A stretch of 32,000 nucleotides of DNA from Micrococcus luteus NCTC 2665 (lineage in GTDB: Bacteria > Actinomycetota > Actinomycetes > Actinomycetales > Micrococcaceae). The notes beneath the pieces are model-generated. The model was given only the letters and a program-made list of their open reading frames with translations, ran no database searches and had not been told where the DNA came from. Where the stretch lies: assembly GCF_000023205.1 (NCBI RefSeq), contig NC_012803.1, forward strand, positions 2,100,001 to 2,132,000, given 5' to 3'. Made by a program: the position numbers and the translations under genes. How positions within the stretch are numbered: the first letter of the stretch is position 1; the number at the start of each line of letters is the position of its first letter. Below are positions 8,034 through 15,899 of the stretch, one piece after another.

Positions 8034-9488
8034 GTGGAAGCGACAGTGGAACAGATCACAGCGGCCATCACGGCCCTGAACGACAAGTACTGGTACGTCG
8101 TGATGGCGCTGCTCTTCGTGGCCGGGGTGTGGTTCACCATCCGGACCGTGGGCGTGCAGGTGCGCATGCTCCCGGAGATGCTGCGGTCGGTGACGGCCAA
8201 GTCCCAGACCGGGTTCGAGAACGACGGCGTGAGCCCGTTCCGCGCCTTCACCATCTCGGCGGCCTCGCGCGTGGGCACCGGCAACGTGGCCGGCGTGGCG
8301 ATCGCGATCGTGATCGGCGGCCCGGGCGCGGTGTTCTGGATGTGGCTGCTGGCGATCCTCGGCGGCGCCACCGCCTTCGTCGAGTCCACGCTGGCCCAGC
8401 TGTACAAGCAGAAGGGCGCGGACGGCTACTTCGGCGGCCCCGCGTACTACATCCGCGACGGCCTGGGCGCGAAGTGGCTGGCGGCCGTGTTCGCCGTCGC
8501 CATCACCGTGACCTACGGCTTCGTGTTCAACGCCGTGCAGTCCAACTCGATCTCCGAGTCCGTGCAGGCCAACTGGGGCGCGTCCTCCACCACCGCGTGG
8601 ATCGTGGGCCTGGGCCTGGCCGTCCTCACCGGCCTCGTGATCTTCGGCGGCGTGCGCCGACTCTCGGCCGTGACCAACGTGCTGGTCCCCGCGATGGCCA
8701 CGTTCTACATCCTCCTGGCCCTGATCGTGATGGTCGTCAACATCACCGAGGTCCCGGGCATGATCGCGCTGATCGTGGGCCACGCCTTCGGCCTGCGCGA
8801 GGTCGCGGGCGCCGCCGTCGGCATGACGATGGTGATGCAGGGCGTGCGTCGCGGCATGTTCTCCAACGAGGCCGGCATGGGCTCCGCCCCGAACGCCGCC
8901 GCCACCGCGGCCGTCTCCCACCCGGCCAAGCAGGGCTTCGTGCAGTCCCTGGGCGTCTACTTCGACACCCTGATCGTGTGCTCGGCCACCGCGTTCATCA
9001 TCCTGCTCTCCAACCCGGCCTACGGGCGCGGGGAGGCGCTCGGCATGCAGGTGACCCAGGGTGCGCTCCAGCAGGCCGTGGGCGCGTGGGCCGGCCCGGC
9101 CCTGACGGTCATCATCTTCTTCCTGGCCTGGTCCTCCGTGCTGGGCAACACCTACTACGGAGAGGCCAACATCCGGTACCTGGCCGGCCGCCACGCGGGT
9201 CGGGCCATCACCGTGTTCCGCGTGCTCGTGCTGGTGTGCGTGGTCGGCGGCGCGCTGGGCTCCGTGGCGCTGGTGTGGAACCTCGCGGACACGTTCGCGG
9301 CCCTCATGGCGACCATCAACCTCGTGGCGATCATCCCGCTGGGCGGGCTGGCCGTGAAGCTGCTCCGGGACTACGAGCGCAAGCTCAAGGCGGGCATGGA
9401 TCCGGGCTTCCACATCTCCGACCTGCCCGAGGCGCGGAACGTGGCCCTCTGGCGGGACGAGCCGAAGACCTCCCCGCTCGAGGACTGA
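8034..9488 (+). CDS. Alanine/glycine:cation symporter (AGCS family)
   Basis: 484 aa with multiple TM segments. The block GVSPFRAFTISAASRVGTGNVAGVAIAIVIGGPGAVFWMW is characteristic of sodium:alanine symporters. GTG start; a nearby GTG at 8046 is an alternative. Confidence 0.85.
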   Translation: MEATVEQITAAITALNDKYWYVVMALLFVAGVWFTIRTVGVQVRMLPEMLRSVTAKSQTGFENDGVSPFRAFTISAASRVGTGNVAGVAIAIVIGGPGAVFWMWLLAILGGATAFVESTLAQLYKQKGADGYFGGPAYYIRDGLGAKWLAAVFAVAITVTYGFVFNAVQSNSISESVQANWGASSTTAWIVGLGLAVLTGLVIFGGVRRLSAVTNVLVPAMATFYILLALIVMVVNITEVPGMIALIVGHAFGLREVAGAAVGMTMVMQGVRRGMFSNEAGMGSAPNAAATAAVSHPAKQGFVQSLGVYFDTLIVCSATAFIILLSNPAYGRGEALGMQVTQGALQQAVGAWAGPALTVIIFFLAWSSVLGNTYYGEANIRYLAGRHAGRAITVFRVLVLVCVVGGALGSVALVWNLADTFAALMATINLVAIIPLGGLAVKLLRDYERKLKAGMDPGFHISDLPEARNVALWRDEPKTSPLED

Positions 9489-9510
9489 CGCCCCCGCCCT
9501 CCCGCGCGTT

Positions 9511-9575
9511 TCGAGGCGGGATATCGACCCCATCCGGCTGCCGCGGGCGGCCGTGGGGTGGATATCCCGCCTCGA
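9511..9575. terminator. 65-nt near-perfect palindromic hairpin downstream of the symporter gene
   Basis: TCGAGGCGGGATATCGACCCCA (9511-9532) pairs with TGGGGTGGATATCCCGCCTCGA (9554-9575) with one mismatch. The inner loop is also largely self-complementary. There is no T-tract. Confidence 0.35.
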
Positions 9576-9682
9576 TGCATGAGGAGGCGCGGTCTGGACA
9601 CCGTGCGGGGGTCGGGGCCTAGGTTGAGGCGCACCCGACCGGCCACACCCGAGCGGCCGGCACGACGTCCGAGGAGGACACC

Positions 9683-10072
9683 ATGGGCATCCTCTCCAGC
9701 ATCACCCGCACTCTCGGCGGCGGCCGCTCCAGCCGTCCCACGATCGGTGCGCACGACGGCCGGTCCCCCGGCTTCGGGCGGCAGGCCCGCACTCAGGGAC
9801 GCCGGTCCAGCGGCCTGGGCGGTGCCCTCCTGGGCACGCTCGGCGGTCTGGCGCTGCGTGAGCTCTCGCGCCGCGGCGCCGGGGGCACGACGCGCGGGCG
9901 CGGCTCCGGTGCGTACCGCGGCGGTTTCGGACCCTCGGCCCGGTCCACGGGCGGACTCGGCACCGGTCTGTTGGGCGGGCTGCTCGGCGGGGCCCTCGCC
10001 TCCCGCGGCCGGTCCGGTGCCGTCGGCCGACGCACGGCGGGTGGCCGCCGGACCATGGGCGGCGGCTTCTGA
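9683..10072 (+). CDS. Small Gly/Arg-rich hypothetical protein
   Basis: 129 aa. Strong SD GAGGAGGA 4 nt before the ATG. GC3 is mostly high. A strong hairpin follows. The sequence is low-complexity (RG/GG repeats) and I recognise no family. Confidence 0.5.
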   Translation: MGILSSITRTLGGGRSSRPTIGAHDGRSPGFGRQARTQGRRSSGLGGALLGTLGGLALRELSRRGAGGTTRGRGSGAYRGGFGPSARSTGGLGTGLLGGLLGGALASRGRSGAVGRRTAGGRRTMGGGF

Positions 10073-10127
10073 CCGCTGCGCGGGCGCGGAGTCGTCGCTG
10101 AACGGCATCACCGCGGAGCGGACACAA

Positions 10128-10167
10128 CCACGGGGCGGGCACCGACGGATCGGTGCCCGCCCCGTGG
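10128..10167. terminator. Bidirectional stem-loop terminator between convergent small genes
   Basis: Perfect 18-bp stem: CCACGGGGCGGGCACCGA, loop cgga, TCGGTGCCCGCCCCGTGG. It lies between the stop at 10072 (+) and the stop at 10199 (-). Confidence 0.6.
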
Positions 10168-10198
10168 TCGTGGCGTGCCCAGGCGTCTGCGCCGCGGC

Positions 10199-10453
10199 TC
10201 AGCCGAGACCGGCGACGCGGCCCAGGATGAACAGCAGGACGCCGATGACCACGAGGGCGATGATCAGCCCGAGCACGATCTTGCCGGCCGAGCGCTCGCC
10301 GGTCTGCTCCACGTCCATGCCCGGGTTGTCCGGGCCGACGCCTGCACCCTCGGCTGGGGGCGTGTCGCCGTCGAACGCGACGCCGGAGGTCTCGTCCGTC
10401 GCCTCGCGTGCGCGCCGGGCGTCCTGGGGGTCGGGGGTGTGCGGGGTGGCCAT
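10199..10453 (-). CDS. Small membrane-anchored hypothetical protein
   Basis: I chose the internal ATG (MATPHTPDPQD...) because GAGAGGAA lies 6 nt upstream of it. Acidic N-terminal region followed by one C-terminal TM helix (IVLGLIIALVVIGVLLFILG). Confidence 0.55.
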   Translation of the reverse strand: MATPHTPDPQDARRAREATDETSGVAFDGDTPPAEGAGVGPDNPGMDVEQTGERSAGKIVLGLIIALVVIGVLLFILGRVAGLG

Positions 10454-10554
10454 GGCCGGTTCCTCTCGTCTCGCCGGCACGGGTGCGTGCCGCTGGCCCT
10501 CACGCTAGGCCCGGGGCAGGGGGTCCTGACCAGGGCGAGGCGACGCCCGCCCCC

Positions 10555-10613
10555 AGCGCTTTCGTGGCCGAAACGGCGCGCCCCGAGCCGCTTTCGTTGA
10601 CGAAACGGCGCCC
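10555..10613. repeat. Tandem pair of a ~25-nt motif CGCTTTCGT-N5-AAACGGCGC (family shared with 28016-28080)
   Basis: aGCGCTTTCGTGGCCGAAACGGCGCGCC followed by aGCCGCTTTCGTTGACGAAACGGCGCCC. Each has a TTTCG/CGAAA inverted core. Confidence 0.8.
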
Positions 10614-10720
10614 TCCGCGACGTCCGCGCCGCCGCGACGGATCCCGTCACACTCTTGATCGTTGGACGTCCAAGCAATAGCGTGATCGGCGTCACGTCCC
10701 CGCCGTCCGGAGGAGCCCCC

Positions 10721-11869
10721 ATGCCCGAGGCCTACATCATCGACGCCGTCCGCACCCCCGTGGGTCGCCGAGGGAAGGGGCTCGCCGGCGTGCATCCCCT
10801 CGATCTGGCGGCCGCGCCGCTGCGCGAGCTCGTCGCCCGCCAGGACATCGACTCGGCCGAGTACGACGAGGTCATCCTCGGCTGCATCGACCAGCTCGGC
10901 CCGCAGGCCATGGACGTGGCGCGCAACGCCTGGCTCGCGGCCGGGCTCTCCGAGGACGTCCCCGGCACCACGGTCGAACGCCAGTGCGGCTCCGGCCAGC
11001 AGGCGGTCCACTACGCCGCGCAGGCCGTCATGAGCGGGACGGCGGACCTCGTCGTCGCCGGCGGCGTGCAGTCCATGAGCGCGATCCCGCTCTCCCGGTC
11101 CAACACGGCCGCCCGCGAGCTCGGCTTCCCCGACCCGTTCACCGGCTCCGAGTCCTGGGCCGCCCGCTACGGGGACGAGGAGATCTCCCAGTTCCGCGGG
11201 GCCGAGATGATGGCCCGGCACTGGAACCTGGACCGTGACGCCCTGGAGGCGTTCGCGGTGCGCTCCCACGAGCGCGCGCTCGCCGCCCAGGCCGACGGTC
11301 GCTTCGACCGCGAGATCCTACCCCTCGCCGGCCTCACCGCGGACGAGGGCCCCCGCACCCCGGACGCCGCGAAGATCGCCTCGCTCGACCCGATCGTCCC
11401 CGGCGGGCTGCACACCGCGGCCACCGCGTCCCAGATGTCCGACGGCGCGGCCGCCCTCCTGCTCGCCTCCGAGGAGGCCGTGCGCCGCCACGGCCTCACC
11501 CCGCGAGCCCGCATCCACCACCTCTCCGCCCGCGGCGCCGACCCCGTGATGATGCTCTCCGCCCCGATCCCGGCGACGGCGTACGCGCTCGACCGCATGG
11601 GTCTGACCATCGACGACATGGACCTCGTGGAGATCAACGAGGCGTTCGCCGCCGTCGTGCTGGCCTGGCTGACCGAGACCGGCGCGGACCCGGCGAAGGT
11701 CAACGTCAACGGCGGGGCGATCGCCCTGGGCCACCCCATCGGCGCCACCGGTGCCCGCCTGATGACCTCCCTGCTGCACGAGCTCGAGCGCAGCGGCGGC
11801 CGCTACGGCCTGCAGACCATGTGCGAGGGCGGCGGCCAGGCCAACGTCACCGTGATCGAACGTCTCTGA
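10721..11869 (+). CDS. Acetyl-CoA C-acyltransferase (thiolase)
   Basis: Start at the ATG after GGAGGAG (MPEAYIIDAVRTPVGRRGKG). Active-site blocks VERQCGSGQQAV, NGGAIALGHPIGATGARL and CEGGGQANVTVIE. Confidence 0.9.
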   Translation: MPEAYIIDAVRTPVGRRGKGLAGVHPLDLAAAPLRELVARQDIDSAEYDEVILGCIDQLGPQAMDVARNAWLAAGLSEDVPGTTVERQCGSGQQAVHYAAQAVMSGTADLVVAGGVQSMSAIPLSRSNTAARELGFPDPFTGSESWAARYGDEEISQFRGAEMMARHWNLDRDALEAFAVRSHERALAAQADGRFDREILPLAGLTADEGPRTPDAAKIASLDPIVPGGLHTAATASQMSDGAAALLLASEEAVRRHGLTPRARIHHLSARGADPVMMLSAPIPATAYALDRMGLTIDDMDLVEINEAFAAVVLAWLTETGADPAKVNVNGGAIALGHPIGATGARLMTSLLHELERSGGRYGLQTMCEGGGQANVTVIERL

Positions 11870-11889
11870 CCCATCCCCCGGAGGTTCCC

Positions 11890-13491
11890 ATGCCAGACCA
11901 GATCACCCACCCCACCGACGCCGCCGCCCACCTCTCCCCCGCCCCGGAGGACACGATCGGCCGCGTGTTCGCACGCGCGGTCGCCCGCTCCCCGCAGGCC
12001 GTCGCCCTGCGCTTCGAGGATCGCGACTGGACCTACGCCCAGCTCCGGGACGGAGCGCACCGCGTGGCCCGCCGCCTCCAGGACACCGGCCTGCCGGCCG
12101 GCACCCGGGTGGCCGCCTACGCCACCAACTCGGACGCCTACGCGCTGCTCTTCCTGGCCTGCGTCACGGCCGGCTACGTGCACGTGCCCGTGAACTTCGC
12201 GCTCAAGGGCGGCGAGCTCGCGCACGCCCTCGAGGACTCCGGCGCGGAGCTGCTCGTGGCCGACGCCGGCATGCTCGAGCGCGTCGACCAGGTCCGGGCC
12301 GAGGGCCGCGCGTCGGCTCTGCGGCACGTGTGGACCATGCTCCCCGCCGGCCACGCCGAGCCCTCCGTGCTTCAGACCGCCCAGGACGAGACGCTGGACG
12401 CCGCCGCCCCGGAGGCGGAGGTGTCGGCCACCGACCTGGCCCAGCTGCTCTACACCTCCGGCACCACCTCCACCCCCAAGGGCGCCATGATGTCCCACCG
12501 GGCGCTCGTGGCGGAGTACCTCTCCTCGATCATCGCGCTGGACTTCACGGCCGAGGACCGCCCCCTGGTGGCCATGCCGCTGTACCACTCGGCCGCGATG
12601 CACGTGTTCCTGCTCCCCTACCTGAGCCTCGGGGCCACGGTGCGCCTGCTGGCCGCCCCGGACATCCCCCGGATGCTCGAGCTCGTGGAGACCGAGCACA
12701 TCGGCTCCCTGTTCCTGGCGCCTACCGTCTGGGTGCCGCTGGCGAACCACCCGGGCCTGGCCACGCGCGACCTCTCCTCGCTGCGCAAAGCCCAGTACGG
12801 GGCCTCGATCATGCCGGTGACCGTGCTGCAGCGCCTGCGCCAGAGCCAGCCGGGCATCGGCTTCTACAACTGCTTCGGCCAGTCCGAGCTGGGCCCGCTG
12901 TGCACCGTGCTGCGCCCCGAGGAGCACGACGCGCGGCCGGCCTCATGCGGCCGCCCCGTGTTCCACGTGGAGGCGCGGGTGATGACGGCCGACGGCGCCC
13001 CCGCCGCGCCCGGCGAGCCCGGCGAGATCCAGTACCGCTCGCCGCAGCTGCTCTCCGGCTACTGGAACCGTCCCGATGCCACCGCGGACGCCTTCACCGA
13101 CGACGGCTGGTTCCGCTCCGGCGACCAGGTCACCCAGGACGCGGCCGGCTACATCCAGGTGGTGGACCGCATCAAGGACGTCATCAACACGGGCGGCGTG
13201 CTGGTCGCCCCGCGCGAGGTCGAGGACGCGATCTACGAGCTCGACGAGGTGGCCGAGGTCGCCGTCATCGGCCTGCCGGACGAGCGCTGGATCGAGGCGG
13301 TGACCGCCGTCGTCGTGCTCAAGGAGGGCGCCGAGCTGACCGCGGAGACCGTGCGCACCCACGTGAAGGAGCGCCTGGCGGGCTTCAAGGTGCCCAAGCG
13401 CGTGGACTTCGTGGCGGAGCTGCCGCGGAACCAGTCGGGCAAGCTCCTCAAGCGCGCGCTGCGCGCCGAGCGCACGCAGGAGGCCCGGTGA
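11890..13491 (+). CDS. Acyl-CoA synthetase / AMP-dependent ligase
   Basis: Start MPDQITHP after GGAGG. AMP-binding motif LLYTSGTTSTPKGAM; also GYWNRPDAT, FRSGD and PRNQSGKLLKRAL. Confidence 0.9.
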   Translation: MPDQITHPTDAAAHLSPAPEDTIGRVFARAVARSPQAVALRFEDRDWTYAQLRDGAHRVARRLQDTGLPAGTRVAAYATNSDAYALLFLACVTAGYVHVPVNFALKGGELAHALEDSGAELLVADAGMLERVDQVRAEGRASALRHVWTMLPAGHAEPSVLQTAQDETLDAAAPEAEVSATDLAQLLYTSGTTSTPKGAMMSHRALVAEYLSSIIALDFTAEDRPLVAMPLYHSAAMHVFLLPYLSLGATVRLLAAPDIPRMLELVETEHIGSLFLAPTVWVPLANHPGLATRDLSSLRKAQYGASIMPVTVLQRLRQSQPGIGFYNCFGQSELGPLCTVLRPEEHDARPASCGRPVFHVEARVMTADGAPAAPGEPGEIQYRSPQLLSGYWNRPDATADAFTDDGWFRSGDQVTQDAAGYIQVVDRIKDVINTGGVLVAPREVEDAIYELDEVAEVAVIGLPDERWIEAVTAVVVLKEGAELTAETVRTHVKERLAGFKVPKRVDFVAELPRNQSGKLLKRALRAERTQEAR

Positions 13492-14690
13492 CGCGCAGGC
13501 AGAAGCCGACGTACGACGTCGTCACGCCCCTGGACGTCGACTACCTGGACGCGTTCGGGGAGGCCACGGACGAGGACCGCACTCACTGGGACCGCGCCCG
13601 TGCCTACGGCCGGGAGGTGCTCGAGCGGATCGACGGGCACTGGGACCGGGCGGAGTACCCGTTGGACCTGGTGGCGCGGGCGGGTGAGCTGGACCTGCTC
13701 ACGGACGGGCTGGAGGTGCCGGGGCACGCGGTGATGTCCCCGTTGGCGGCTGGCCTGGTGGCGATGGAGATCTCCCGGGCGGACGGGTCGATGGCGGCCG
13801 CGGCGGCGGTGCAGGGCGGGCTCGTGCTGCGCGCCCTGGTGCACTGCGCCGGCCCGGAGCAGAAGGAGCGGTACCTCGCGCCGGTGGCGCGCGGCACGCT
13901 GCCGGGCGGGTTCGCGCTCACGGAGCCGCTGCACGGCTCGGACTCGGTGTCCCTCGAGACGTCCGCGCGGCCCGACGGCGCCGGCGGCTGGGTGCTGAAC
14001 GGCGCCAAGAAGTGGATCGGCAACGGGGCCGCCGGAGGCATCACGATCGTGTGGGCGCGCGACACCGAGGACGGGCAGGTCAAGGGGTTCGTGGTGGAGC
14101 AGTCCACGCCCGGATACGAGGCCGAGGTGATCACGGGCAAGGGCGCGCTGCGGGCGATCCACCAGGCCGAGATCACGCTGACCGACGTGCGGGTGGGCGA
14201 CGACGCGCGGCTGCCGGGCGTGGCGACGTTCAAAGACGCCGCGCGCGTGCTGGTGGCCACCCGCGTGAACGTGGGCTGGTCCGCGCTGGGCCACGCCACG
14301 GCGATGTTCGAGGCCGCGCTGGCGTACGCCCGGCAGCGCGAGCAGTTCGGCAAGCCGCTGGGAGCGCACCAGATGGTGCAGGAGCGGCTCGCGCAGATGC
14401 TGGACGAGGTGACCGCGATGCAGACCCGTTGCGTGGCCGTGGCCCGTCTGCAGGCGGCCGGGCGGCTGCGTGACGAGCAGGCCTCCCTGCTGAAGTACGC
14501 CTGCACCCGGGGCGCGCGGCGGGTCGCGCAGATCGCCCGGGACATGCTCGGCGGCAACGGCATCCTCCTGGAGCACCGGGTGATGCGGCACTTCGCCGAC
14601 GTCGAGGCGCTGCACACCTACGAGGGCACCGAGTCCGTGCAGGCGTTGATCCTCGGCCGGGACCTGACGGGGTACAGCGCGTTCGCGTGA
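13488..14690 (+). CDS. Acyl-CoA dehydrogenase (glutaryl-CoA-dehydrogenase-like)
   Basis: GTG start overlapping the upstream stop (GTGA), with GGAGG 5 nt upstream. 400 aa. Blocks LTEPLHGSDS, KKWIGNG, QFGKPLGAHQMVQERLAQM and HTYEGTESVQALILGRDLTG. Confidence 0.85.
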   Translation: MTRRQKPTYDVVTPLDVDYLDAFGEATDEDRTHWDRARAYGREVLERIDGHWDRAEYPLDLVARAGELDLLTDGLEVPGHAVMSPLAAGLVAMEISRADGSMAAAAAVQGGLVLRALVHCAGPEQKERYLAPVARGTLPGGFALTEPLHGSDSVSLETSARPDGAGGWVLNGAKKWIGNGAAGGITIVWARDTEDGQVKGFVVEQSTPGYEAEVITGKGALRAIHQAEITLTDVRVGDDARLPGVATFKDAARVLVATRVNVGWSALGHATAMFEAALAYARQREQFGKPLGAHQMVQERLAQMLDEVTAMQTRCVAVARLQAAGRLRDEQASLLKYACTRGARRVAQIARDMLGGNGILLEHRVMRHFADVEALHTYEGTESVQALILGRDLTGYSAFA

Positions 14691-14751
14691 GCCCCGGCCG
14701 GCCGCTCTCGTGCCCGGCACCCGCCCCCACCTTCCGACCCCAGGAGCTGAC

Positions 14752-15552
14752 ATGACCACCGCACCCACCCCTTCTTCCTCCGACGACGCCCCCGCCGTCC
14801 TCGTCGAGACGCGGCCCGGCGTCGTGCGGCTGACGCTGAACCGGCCGGCGAAGGGCAACGCGCTCGGACTGACGATGGCGCGCGAGGTGCTCGCGGCGAT
14901 CGCCGCGGCCGAGGCGGACGAGTCCGTGCACGTGCTCACGCTGACCGGCGCGGGGCGGATCTTCTGCGGCGGCGGGGACGTCCAGGCCATGGCCGCCGCG
15001 CCCGCCGGGCCGGAGCGGCGCGCGATGATCCAGGAGCTCGGCGAGGCGGCGGGCGAGGTCGCGGTGGCGCTGACGGGCTCTCGCCTGCTGGTGCTGGCCG
15101 GCGTCAACGGGACGGCCGCCGGGGCGGGGCTCGGGCTCATGCTGGGCGGCGACGTCGTGCTGGTGCGCGAGGATGCGCAGCTGGTGACGGCGTTCTCCGC
15201 GCTCGGGATGACCCCGGACACGGGCGTGTCCTATTGGCTGCCGCGGGCGCTCGGGCCGGTGCGCGCGACGCAGCTGCTGCTCGGCGGGCGGCGCCTGAAC
15301 GGGGCCGAGGCCGTCGCGTGGGGCCTGGCGACCGAGGCGGTGGCCGGGGACGCGTTCGCGGCGCGTCTGGCGGCGCTCGAGGACGAGCTGGTGGCCGGTC
15401 CGGCACACACCTACGGGCCGACCAAGGCGCTGGCGCGCGGGGCCGACGTCGAGGCGCTGCGCGCGCATGTGCGGCAGGAGGCGGCGTCGATCGCGGCGGC
15501 GTCCGAGCACCCGGAGGCTGTGCGGCGGGTGGAGGCGTTCGCGGGCCGGTGA
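14752..15552 (+). CDS. Enoyl-CoA hydratase/isomerase family protein
   Basis: Start MTTAPTP after CAGGAG. Crotonase blocks VVRLTLNRPAKGNAL and LTGAGRIFCGGGDV. Confidence 0.85.
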   Translation: MTTAPTPSSSDDAPAVLVETRPGVVRLTLNRPAKGNALGLTMAREVLAAIAAAEADESVHVLTLTGAGRIFCGGGDVQAMAAAPAGPERRAMIQELGEAAGEVAVALTGSRLLVLAGVNGTAAGAGLGLMLGGDVVLVREDAQLVTAFSALGMTPDTGVSYWLPRALGPVRATQLLLGGRRLNGAEAVAWGLATEAVAGDAFAARLAALEDELVAGPAHTYGPTKALARGADVEALRAHVRQEAASIAAASEHPEAVRRVEAFAGR

Positions 15553-15642
15553 GGGGCGGGCCGCGGCCCAGGCCGCCAGTGGCCAGGCCGGCGGCGCGCC
15601 TCCACCGGGCCGACCCCGGTCAGGCGCGCGAGGGCGTGGAGG

Positions 15643-15852
15643 TCACTTGAACATCTTCAGGACGTCGCCCAGGCCGACCGTGGTGCGCCGGTAGACGGCG
15701 TTGTAGGCGGCGCGCTTCGGATCTCGCAGCCAGCCCATCCCCTTGCGGCCGTAGCCGGGGATGACCTTGCGCTTGATCGCACGCTTGGCGCGGCCCGTGG
15801 TGCGGGCCTTGATGGACTTCTTCAGGCTGGGCTTGCGGAGACCAATCTTCAT
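15643..15852 (-). CDS. Small highly basic hypothetical protein (69 aa)
   Basis: MKIGLRKPSLKKSIKARTTGRAKRAIKRKVIPGYGRKGMGWLRDPKRAAYNAVYRRTTVGLGDVLKMFK. GC3 is very high in this frame and low in the overlapping frame of ORF 15620..16681. Confidence 0.7.
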   Translation of the reverse strand: MKIGLRKPSLKKSIKARTTGRAKRAIKRKVIPGYGRKGMGWLRDPKRAAYNAVYRRTTVGLGDVLKMFK

Positions 15853-15899
15853 GGGGCGAGCGTACTGGGTGGGGTGGACGGGGTGAGGGGGTCAGCGGA

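Noticed and set aside
9371-10111. 246-aa minus-strand ORF covering the Gly/Arg-rich gene region.
   Set aside because: It has no SD or sensible start context and an Ala/Gly/Arg shadow composition. The plus-strand ORF has a strong SD and a terminator. Neither is proven.
15620-15899. C-terminal ~95 aa of ORF 15620..16681 as real protein sequence.
   Set aside because: GC3 is low in this frame, and the same bases encode the small basic protein in another frame with high GC3.
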